From: Klebsormidium nitens
Taxonomy: Eukaryota; Plantae; Klebsormidiophyceae
DNA: 64,000 nt
NCBI GenBank assembly: GCA_000708835.1
Contig: DF237210.1
Coordinates: forward strand, 56,703 to 120,702
Direction of reading: 5' to 3'
In this document: piece after piece, positions 47,769-64,000 of the stretch
How positions within the stretch are numbered: the stretch's first letter is position 1
How the letters are laid out: each line of letters opens with the position of its first letter
The notes under the pieces: generated by a model
What the model was told of the DNA's origin: nothing
Database searches by the model: none
Seen by the model: the letters and a program-made list of their open reading frames with translations, nothing else
Made by a program: the position numbers and the translations under genes

Positions 47769-48969
47769 GAAACAGCGGACCCAATGGAAATATGAGGATG
47801 TTGACACGGGGGCCCCGCACTATAGCGCGCGGCTTAGCTACGATGTCGAGACGTGGGATTGAACGTAAGGAGACGGTGTTAGCCAGGGAATTGACGTGCC
47901 GTGTAGAAAGTAACAGAAGACCTTTAAATCTAGTCCAAGCATATTTCAGATCATGACTCAATATGATACGCAAGCTGCGGGTCGTTCTGCTCTATTTCCT
48001 GCATGCAGCTTTTCTGCAATCATCCGAGGAGGCCCGAAACCCATGGTCACATGCTTTTGCTTCTGAGGGAGAGGGTCTGCAGCGTGCACATCTGGTATAA
48101 CAAACTCGACGCAAACACCGTCGCTTCACACAGTCGATCAAAACTTGGCTACATGCAAATGTCCAGCTAGTAGCTCAAAATGCCATGCCATAATGCCTTG
48201 ATTTGTTACAATCACCATGCACATATCACTGCACGGCGCATGGAAATTTCAACATTAAATTTTTGCACACATAGGTATTCTACGTCAGAGTTGTGATTGG
48301 AACATTTAGTTGTCTGCCGAAAATGTCCATGACAGTGCAATTTGCGGCGGCTCGAATGCGTACTACGTTTTGAATCAAAAGAAACACATTTATCTCATGC
48401 ACAGCCATACAGTTGAATGGCTTGGAATTCATCTTACGTGACCTTGGGTACACTTTATGTCATCGACGTCATTAGTATTATCAGAGGTTACAAATGCGAG
48501 TGTCATTATATAGTTTCCCACACCTCAAATTTATTTCCTCATTTCATTATGCATGATTTTCATCGATTTTACTTGATTTGGCATAAGCACTTACATGACG
48601 GGGTACACACACCCGCGTTTCATGAATCTTTCAAATATCAGTTAGTCAATACTTGGCATTGTTAAATCCAGGTTTACATGAGACGATCAAAAGATGGAGA
48701 CGAGGCGGCACTACTCCCATGCGGAGCTTTACAATCTTCGTGTCACAATTACAATTCGCTGTCGATTCTTCGTTTCGACAGCTGAGACTATCCTGTTCCT
48801 ACTGATACACATTCTAGTCTCTGCAGCCGCATGACTGCAGCTTCTTTTGACACGGCTGTTAATCAAAAGCAAGAGCGCCAACAATTTCAACCAAATCCAA
48901 AACTCTTCGACACACAACCCAAAATTCTCAACCCAAAATGTTCCTATCAATCGGTCTAGGTATTATGAT

Positions 48970-51900
48970 CTAATAAGAGTAATCGGCCGCAGTGCCTTTG
49001 CCGCTGGCGTTGTCGGTCTTTTGGGCGAGGCTCGGCGCGTCAGGGAAGCCAACACGTTCCTTGTTCTCAGCACGGATCTTAGCAACGTCATCCTTGAAGT
49101 CGCTGATTTGGGAGTCGGCGAAGCTTTTCACTTTGCTCACTTGGCTGTTGGCATCGGCGGCGGGGTTAGGGATGGAGTTGGGAATGGCGTCCTGTAGCAA
49201 GCAAAGAGCGTGATTGAAACCCGATCTCTATTAAAGCGTGAAAGGCGACTCGTCACTGATTGCCCCGGCCGCCCCCAGAAATGATCGCAAACTCCAATCC
49301 AGACGCAGTGTTCACATTCGTTTACAGGGGGGCTGGCGAATCACAAGTGCGAACAACGTGGACACTATAATACTCCCTTATTTTGTAGGGGGATAAGTTG
49401 CAAAACTCATCCGTCCCTGCCCTCAAAAGTGTGCAGCAAGAAAATCGCGGGACGTTAGATAATCCCTTCAGGGAAGACCCGAGTGCGCGTCAGATTACTA
49501 CAAGCCGGCAAAGTGAGATTTACCTTGACGCTGGTCACCGAGTTTTTCACGGCACCCTTGGCGTCGCCCACTGCTGACGTGGCGGCATCCTTGGCATCCC
49601 CAACCTTCCCGCCGAAATCGGGAAGGCCTGAAAGGATGAAAAAAACGCCTTTCTAAGTTGTGTTCGTATCGAAACATCAGCAGAGACTTCGTTCGTCGAC
49701 AACGTATGCACCTCGTCTCCACGTCAACAATACAGCAAGTTACTATCACCTCTCCGTCTGGACTCCCAAGCTTTTAATCGGGACTCCGGCGCTTTGATTT
49801 GTAACAGTGTCCTCTCCGGTAGTCCAAGTAGAGACAAAAGTGTCCTCTCCGGTAGTCCAAGTAGAGACAAACAGTTTCATCACTTTCAGATTCTCCAAAC
49901 AGATCTGTAATACCCTAAAAGTTCACAAATTTGGATCTACTCCTCAACTTGTCGCCGCCACCGTCAGTTAACTTACCAGCCACCGTCGCGGTCGGGTTCA
50001 ACTCGGGTGCGCTTGTTGACACGCCGGTTGCCCTGGCGGCCTTCTCAACGGCGTCTCCTGCGGCGGTCTTGCCCTCCTCAGTCTTGGAGGTAAAGGCGTC
50101 CTTGATCCTGTCCGCTAGTTGGGGACCCTGGACGTACGTGTCGGCTTGGCCGGCCTTCGCGACTTCCCGGCGGCCCTCCCGGGATACCTCCCCGGTTTTA
50201 TCCTCGCCGTCAGGAACCTGTCCGACCTGATCAGGGAAAGCAACCGGAAAGTCAGTAAGGTCAGAAGCAATGTCGATCATGTAACCCAATTTGGGAGAAC
50301 AACCAGAAAATCAGTACAGGTCGAAGTTTCGTCGACTGTTTTGATTCAGTTCGGGGATGCAACCGGAATCACGGTACAAGACAGAACTTTCGTCGATTAT
50401 ACTAATCCAGATTGGGAAAGAAACCGGATAGTCTGTACCGGGTCAAGGATTCGTCAACTGTCCTAACCCAAATCAAGGAAGCAACCGCAACGTCTGTACA
50501 GGACAACGTTTCGTCGACTATTCTATCCAAGCTGCGAATGTTCGCGGGATCGCTCGACGAGCATTCGACGAAGGAGAACCCAGAGTAGAGTCCGGCGTCG
50601 CTGATTTAACAAGTGACTCGGTTTGAAAGCGAAGTCGCAATTCCTTATTTTACAGCAGGGGCAGGACGAATCCAATAAGTGCCTTCAATTGGCCTATGGA
50701 ACCACTGCTCGCATCGCAGGATGTTCGAAGTTGAACCAAGATTGCACTTGAAACAAATAGTCGGATTTTCAAGCGTTCCAGATGTATCGCATGCCGCAAG
50801 TGGAAAAGACGTGAAAAATCCTCTTTCTCCAACTCGAGGTCAGGGCTCCAGAAAGAAAAAGCCTTTCATCCTCGTGAAGGCGTACATTCCAACGGACGAC
50901 TCACCTACCTCGAGACTCATCTGGTTACGACCACCAACAAGTGCGTCCAACACATTTGTCTGAATCTCCGTTGTCCTTCCCAGAGCCGTGAGCACCGAAA
51001 AAAAAAATGACTCCACTCTACAGAAAGGTATCTAGCTTACCGCTCCCCTCACGCCCTTGCTGAACACCTTCTGCAGCGTCCCTTGAGGCGACTGCTCCGA
51101 TCCCTGCTGCTCGTTGGTGCCCGGGCTAGCGGCGCTCTTCTCAGCGCGTGCCTCAACGGCGTCAGAGTTGGCGCTGCTGGCAACGCTGCCAGACACGCCC
51201 TCCTCCTCCATCGTGGTATTGAACCCGCGGCTGGCAGACTCCTGCATCAACCGAAGAATGAGATACATTCGCTACGAAAACTAGGAATCCTGATCGATGG
51301 TCTAGAATGGCTAAGGCGAAGAGAACCTCCAGTTGCTCGGCCGACGAGAGAGTCTCAAGATGTACATATGTAGGCACAGAAAAAGAAGTTCAATACTTCA
51401 ACTCTGCAGTCCGTTCAACAATTCTGTTGGCTTATGGTGTGGAGGGTTTGATCAACATACTTAATTGAATACGCTGAGGCGCCCGTATCAAGTGCCTCTA
51501 CAACCATCTGTTGGAATGGACACTGACAGCATACGAGCACGTTCTCACCTGGCGGCCGAAGGGGTAGGCACCCTTGCTGGGGGTCTCCTGAGAGCCGGTC
51601 GTCTCCTTTCCTGACCGCTGCGCCTCAGCGAAGTTGGCATCACCGTCAGCTTTCGCCTTCTGGAGGATCTTCTCGGCGGACTGCCAAGCGCAGCGGAAGA
51701 ACTGTCAGCTTTTATTGCAAGATGCTTGTTGCTCTCGCAAGGAGTGGCACGTCGCATTGCAGCAAGAGGCCCGGATTAGAAGCAGGGTCATGACTCCAGT
51801 TGTCTACTTTAAAACTCTGGTCGTCTGTGCGTATCTTTCTCAGTGCATTTCATCGGTCCCTGTAGCAGTTCCACCGCTTGCTCATAAGCTCGTTTGACGA

Positions 51901-53014
51901 ATGCAGGTTCTCCTCGAAAGTTCTTTCATGTCTATATGAAGTATGAGCCTAATTGTGGAGTGAGTTTTTCACTGATTAATCTATGTCGTATGTCTCAAAA
52001 AGCTATCAAAATAGGACAACAGGCAAGTGAAGACGACTGCAAACAGCTGCGTCAAAGAAGAAAGAACGTAGGACACTACTCACCGGCCTGTTCTGGACGC
52101 TGCCAATATCAAAAGCCTTGGCGTCAGAAACACATCCCAGGCTCAGGGCAGTCAGAACACCAGCCACCAGGGCCTTCTCGAACTTCTTTGAGGGGGCAGC
52201 CTGCGAATGAACCGATCAAATTTGAGCAATAGTGTTGAAATTTTCGAATGGAAGGCTTGATCTCATTCAGAGTGTTGACAGCACAACTTATCCACTTGCG
52301 GGGGCCTTATTTTAAGTACTTGCCACGTCTGGTAAAACAAGCCACAGATGCTGCCCCTCCTGACGCCGCTGCCAGATTAAAGAAGACGTCTGAGTCAACC
52401 AGAGTATTGTACCAGGCTTTTGATATACCAAGTCACTCTGTCCAGAAGCACAGAAGTGAGAATGCCACCATCCATAATTGCCCCCACCTCTCGTAACTAC
52501 CTCTGTGGAATCAGTGGCTGTTGTTAAGGCCTCATGAATCTGTATCGACCCCAATGCTGTAATCAGTTCCAGACCCCAATGCTGCCAGACGCAAACCACT
52601 AGTTGTCCTACTCAGACCTGGACTTCATACGAGAGCGAAGACGCCACTCCTCAAATAGGCTGGGATAGCCCTTGCAGGCACGGAGAGACGGCTGTTGGAG
52701 CCAAACGTTTCCTGCGCTATGAATGGAGTAGCTCCCAGGAGTTCAGAAACGGATCTGACCCCCAAATGTGGGCCACTGCTGGGGTAGCAAAGCAATTGCC
52801 TCAGCTCAAGTGACTTCATGATCACTGTACTCACCTCCTCTGCTGAAGCCCTGACTGTGCTCTTGGCCACTGGGGCCCTGCTGACGACCTTCCTAAGAGG
52901 GAATGCTGCGGGCCTGCCAATCTGCACAGTCTTCTGCAGGGAAGACAGGCCCTTGGTCTGGCTGACAGCAGCCACAGGCGACGCCACGGTGGTCATCATT
53001 GCGGAGGACGACAT
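48970..53014 (-). CDS. Putative chloroplast thylakoid-lumen-targeted hydrophilic (LEA-like) protein, 7 exons
   Basis: MSSSAMMTTVASPVAAVSQTKGLSSLQKTVQIGRPAAFPLRKVVSRAPVAKSTVRASAEE|AAPSKKFEKALVAGVLTALSLGCVSDAKA-FDIGSVQNRP|SAEKILQKAKADGD...|ESASRGF...|VGQVPDGEDK...|GLPDFGGKVGDAKDAATSAVGDAKGAVKNSVTSVK|DAIPNS...DYSY*. It has a transit-peptide-like N-terminus, then a hydrophobic stretch ending A-K-A. The junction between exons 5 and 6 was not resolved exactly. Confidence 0.7.
49806..49871. repeat. Exact 33-bp tandem duplication, intronic
   Basis: AGTGTCCTCTCCGGTAGTCCAAGTAGAGACAAA occurs at 49806 and 49839. Confidence 0.9.
50215..50525 (-). repeat. About 60-bp degenerate tandem array (5 copies) abutting a splice acceptor
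   Basis: Core AACC(G/A)GA recurs at 50242, 50301, 50361, 50422 and 50483, each followed by a TCAGTACAGG..TTTCGTCGA-like block. On the minus strand each unit ends in TCCGGTTGCTTTCCC, the pyrimidine tract of the acceptor. Confidence 0.8.
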
Positions 53015-53435
53015 GCTTGCTGATGGCGGTTCGAGAGCGTTCGAAGATGCGGAGAAGCGAATGCAAGCTGGCGAAGGTGGAAGGAAGCAACTTGTGAGGT
53101 GTTTGGTAGCTCAATTGCAGAGAAGGTCAGTGTTCAAAGCAGCAGAGGAACAGAGACAGAGAAGGTGGTCACCAACGGTTGGTGCATTTCCGGCGGCCCT
53201 GCCACCTCAGCCGTGGGAGGATGAGGGGCGCCATGACATGGCGGATGAGGGGCGACGTCTCGCCCCCCAACGGCCGCCATGCAAGCGGCAGAAGGACCAC
53301 CTGCATGCAGAGCCATTTGGCGGACATGCAGAGAGATTTGGGCGCGAGCGGCCATCGGATCCAGATGGCACTCATCGGACGGGTGAATTGATCCATCGCA
53401 CGGTCGAGCCGTGAGGTCAAGGACACCGATCGGCC

Positions 53436-53685
53436 GGGCCCACCTCCGACTTATCGGAGGTCGTCACCCGTCAGATTTTTTACTTGAAACTGGTGGCCGT
53501 CCGATCAGATATGGCAGGCATGCCATTTCAACCTATGTCATTCCGTTCCATGTAGCGTTACCACATTCCGCCTGTACGCCGCACGGAACTTCGAGAAGCC
53601 GCTACACTGACGAGACTCTAACCCAAACCCTATTAGTATCAGTGGTGATCCGCCAGGACTAGGTAGGTAGCTCACCGGGGCCCAC
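53436..53685. promoter_or_regulatory. Candidate plant cis-elements in a divergent promoter: site-II-like GGGCCCAC (53436, 53678) and telo-box AAACCCTA (53625)
   Basis: Exact motif matches between the head-to-head genes at 53014(-) and 54088(+). Motifs this short can occur by chance. Confidence 0.3.
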
Positions 53686-54087
53686 CCCCACCCACCCTAA
53701 CCCCCCGAGTCCCGACCTAACCCACCAAAGTCACGTTCCGCTCGGTTGCTTGGATTGCTGGTCAGCTCAATCGTACGGTTCGGACTCAACGGTAATACCT
53801 AGGCAATGATGCAACGAGTCTAGCAGCCTCTAGCTGTCCATCTCTGTCCACAGTCCGGGTTTTGCAGCACTGGCGCAGCTAGGCAGCGTACTTACTTTGG
53901 CGGAGCTGCATTATGCACGGCACCAGCACCCTATAGCGGCAGCACCGCTTGCGGCTACCTAGCTGCATTGCTCTTTTCCTCTTCTCATCCGAGTGCTGAG
54001 CCTCCTAGCTCTGAAAATCCCACTACTATTTCGGATTGAACTGGAAGCAAACAGGCCGCAGAGAAGCAACAGAGCTGAGCTGCGACC

Positions 54088-55119
54088 ATGGTGGCTCCAC
54101 TTTTTCTGTGCAGCTTTGCAATAGGAGTCCTCGTCGCCTCAGGCTCAGCTACTTTGGCCCTTGCTGAGAGTGGCATTGCGAAGAACGTTGCTCCTGCAAT
54201 GACGAAGCGCTACCCGGGGCAGGGCATTGCGTGGGACTGCCTGGACACCAAAATGCGGACGCCCTTTGTGGAAGCGTACACCGTAGCATTGGTGCGTCGG
54301 GGTGCGGTGATTTGCAATGAGACAGGCAGCGAGCAGCCACCAAATGTGCAGCAGCTTGGGATTGCTGCGGGCCTTGTCTTGCTGCACGTTATCCTACTGG
54401 TTGCACCGATTGTCTGTGTCCCGATCCTTTACAAGGCCTTGCTTCAGGACAAAGTTGAAGGGGGTGTGAAGGCTCCCAGCATCATCTTTGCTGCTATGGC
54501 GGTGTTCAGCGTCTCTTCCTTTGGCGAGATTGGGCTTCACATTCAGCAGCAGTGGGTGTATTATGGTCTGGCTCCGTCCTACTATAGCGTGGTCTTCTAT
54601 AGCGGCCTTGTGTGGGGCCAGGCCCTGCTGGCTTGGGGCGTGGGGGGCTATGACTCGCAAGTGCTTTGGGACCTCCTCTTCAGCGCTGCAGGCACAGCTG
54701 CAATGATCAGGGGAACTGCCCTAGCAAACGCAGTCCCTGACTCTAATGCCTTTTGTGCGGCTAAGCTCCTCAACTTCACCCTCTCCTCCTGGAACCTCAC
54801 GGCCAATGCAGGCGACGGCGGATTCTGTGGATTCCTAGCCGTCCAAATCTTCCTGTTCATCATGCTGGGGCTTACAACCGCCTCCTTCCTCCTCAAGGCA
54901 AACTCCAACCTGGCCTCTCCAAGCAAATGGCTTTGGACCATCCTGATTATCCTTGCATACGTGGCGGGGATTGTGTTTACCATCGTCGTGGAAGTTACAG
55001 GAGAGCAATGGTGGCACTTGCCAACAGCTCTAAGCTTTGTCTTTGGTTTCCTCTTCCAAGTTGCCTATATCCTCTCTGCATATACGGGCCAGAAGAAGAG
55101 TCCCCTCAAGGAAAACTGA
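54088..55119 (+). CDS. Intronless 343-aa membrane protein: signal peptide plus 7 predicted transmembrane helices, function unknown
   Basis: Uninterrupted ORF with an N-terminal hydrophobic leader (LFLCSFAIGVLVASGSATLA), seven hydrophobic segments, N-x-T sequons (NET, NFT, NLT) and a polar basic tail QKKSPLKEN. Confidence 0.85.
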   Translation: MVAPLFLCSFAIGVLVASGSATLALAESGIAKNVAPAMTKRYPGQGIAWDCLDTKMRTPFVEAYTVALVRRGAVICNETGSEQPPNVQQLGIAAGLVLLHVILLVAPIVCVPILYKALLQDKVEGGVKAPSIIFAAMAVFSVSSFGEIGLHIQQQWVYYGLAPSYYSVVFYSGLVWGQALLAWGVGGYDSQVLWDLLFSAAGTAAMIRGTALANAVPDSNAFCAAKLLNFTLSSWNLTANAGDGGFCGFLAVQIFLFIMLGLTTASFLLKANSNLASPSKWLWTILIILAYVAGIVFTIVVEVTGEQWWHLPTALSFVFGFLFQVAYILSAYTGQKKSPLKEN

Positions 55120-56456
55120 CTTTCAGACGGTCAAGGTGACATAGACTCATTCAAGGATACTTGAAGTTATCTTGGCCTATATAGAAGGACTTTTCCCAGT
55201 TGGAATCAATAGCGAGCAGATGCCACTATAAGCAAAGCCTTTCAAGACCCCGCCATATCTGATATAGCTACAGGGAGGTTCATTTCAGCGTGTCAGTATA
55301 GTAAGCTGAGCACTGACGGTCGAAGTTGACTTGTGTGTGTGTGGGTAGACACTATAACTCAGAAAATTTCTGGATAGGAATATCCTAGCAAGCTCTGGGG
55401 CTGTTCTTACATGTATTCATCTTTTTGATCGTGCCAACTTTCATTCACCTTCGTGAGATGTCATGCAATTCTTAGCGGCCAATTCCGTGATGCATCTTCA
55501 GTGATCATCATCTGAACTAGCATCAACAACTCACAAAGGTTGTGAATCGACTGGCCTGATCGAATGTGATCCGAGACTGTCACGTGATCGAGTCCAGACC
55601 AACTTGAATTTGTCAATGGGAGCAACGGCCGGAGCCTGGCGCGAATCTGGCAGGTTGAAAGAAAGCCCGGAGTCCGAGCTGTGCTGAAGTTGAAGTCTCA
55701 TGATGCATATCCGATGCATTGCAGCTGGCAGTGACGCGATGGCCAGGGCCACCATGCATCGCATCATGCTGGTGCAAGCCGCGCCATGCATAGCTAGTCA
55801 CGTGGTCGTGTCCGACCGCTAGCTGAATGTACCGTACTGCACACGGACGTCAAAGGGGTGCTTAAGTGAATATTATACCATCTACGAATTCACCACGTGC
55901 AACTTTGGTTCGTGAGCAATTGTACACACGATTGGCTTTCTTTGTGACTCCTATGTACTGTCGTTGTCATCGACTGCAAAATATTTCAAAAAGCTCAACT
56001 ATGCCATATGTCGATCAGGTTCCTTATCCGAAGAAATATCCATCAACACACACATCGGGTTTGCACAACCTCACAATACCTGCAGCGTATAGTATACCAT
56101 CTTCAGGATTCAACGTGTCAAACGTGTCAGTCGCACATGTGTCCTTGCCTCTACTATGAATACACTCAGCGAGCAATTAACTTGTCTTATTGTCGGTTAA
56201 AGAGTCCTTTCGGACGGTATAACACATGATAGGAGATTGTCCATAATCCTACTTGATTAAAGTGACCGACTACTACTTTGCTGCTTCGCATCTCAAGTGC
56301 TCCCGCTTCTTCTCAGAAAACTGTGGATCGACCACCCCAATACTTATTGCACCGTATCTTGCCAAAGGAACTTCAAATTTTAAAGGAAACCCTTTCCCCA
56401 ATGTGCGCTCCCAACACGGGCAGCTTGAAGCCCACGATGCTTGGTGTTAGCCCTCT

Positions 56457-63293
<6,837 letters not shown>

Positions 63294-63799
63294 TCACAAT
63301 GATGACGCTGCCGCCCCCAGCGTTTTGAGGGACAGGTTTCGCCAAGTGCTAAACCGACCTTGATTCCACGCTCACCGCTGCCACCCTCAGCTCCCGAACC
63401 AGAACTGGATGTGTCTTCTTTTCCTGCAAACGCCAACAAACGGCCCTCAACAGCTCTTGACAGAAACCTGAGAATGGGAGGCGGTCTGGCAGATAGATGA
63501 CCACGTAGCCCGTGGTGGTAGATTCTGCCATGGAGAGCAGGCCGGCTAGCACAAATCTTGAGGGTCATAAGCTATGGTTGCCAATAAGAGCCTTCATCCT
63601 TCGGTCGCCTTCCCATTTCGCCGTTCCGTCGACGGCGACCGTACTGTTCCCTTTGTAGAGCAGGCAACCCGTTCGAGGCCCACAAGCCGCTGTTTGTGGG
63701 CAATACGTTCCCGGCGACCAAGCGTTGTAAAAGGCCCAAGGGAGCTGTAAGCGGCCGCCGTTCGTGCGTCGAACGTTTATTAAAAACAAAAATACAAGT

Positions 63800-63820
63800 G
63801 GGCGTGGGCGTGGGCGTGGG
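63800..63820 (+). repeat. (GGGCGT)n hexamer repeat with four G3 tracts, a potential G-quadruplex upstream of MTHFR
   Basis: gtgggcgtgggcgtgggcgtgggcgt; GGG at 63800, 63806, 63812 and 63818. Confidence 0.6.
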
Positions 63821-64000
63821 CGTGTGCAGACGCGTCCGAGATCAGCGACCAATAAAGGCACAGCAAAGTCACACATGGTGTATCGAAATCGAGATCGAAT
63901 AATCATATACACTGACATGTATATATGTAACGCATGTAACGCTTTCGACAAATTGCATCGAAGCTGTCTCGCGATGGTTCACGACAGGCAAGAACATAGG

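Noticed and set aside
53330-53520. Several small perfect hairpins (for example ACCTCCGA-CTTA-TCGGAGGT)
   Set aside because: No second copy, TIR/TSD or RNA family signature seen; treated as promoter sequence.
54088-55119. Microbial rhodopsin or heliorhodopsin assignment for the 7TM protein
   Set aside because: No retinal-binding Lys in the seventh helix and no recognisable rhodopsin motifs.

Overview
Eukaryotic nuclear DNA: an intron-rich, GC-rich genome with GT-AG introns and two assembly gaps (about 21291-21978 and 33964-34485). The mix of land-plant-like genes (SCC4/MAU2, plant-type MTHFR, AAA_33 kinase-like protein) with a motile-cilium gene (CFAP91) suggests a streptophyte alga such as Klebsormidium; this is inference. 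Manual splicing of the sequence gives nine protein-coding genes: AAA_33 P-loop NTPase (-), ankyrin-repeat protein with one repeat per exon (+), secreted Pro/Thr-rich protein with 6-Cys modules (-), Aha1-N-domain co-chaperone (-), MAU2/SCC4 (+), CFAP91 (+), a putative thylakoid-lumen hydrophilic protein (-), an intronless signal-peptide 7TM protein (+) and MTHFR (-). No rRNA, tRNA, CRISPR or transposase/RT coding sequence was recognised. The most striking unexplained structure is a recurrent set of 'splice-junction echoes': at about 10 intron-exon boundaries in five genes, the junction plus the adjacent exon edge is tandemly repeated 1-7 times inside the intron. The copies range from perfect to heavily decayed, often keep the AG, and once have telomere-like filler. 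Exon boundaries were placed by eye; no database searches were run.
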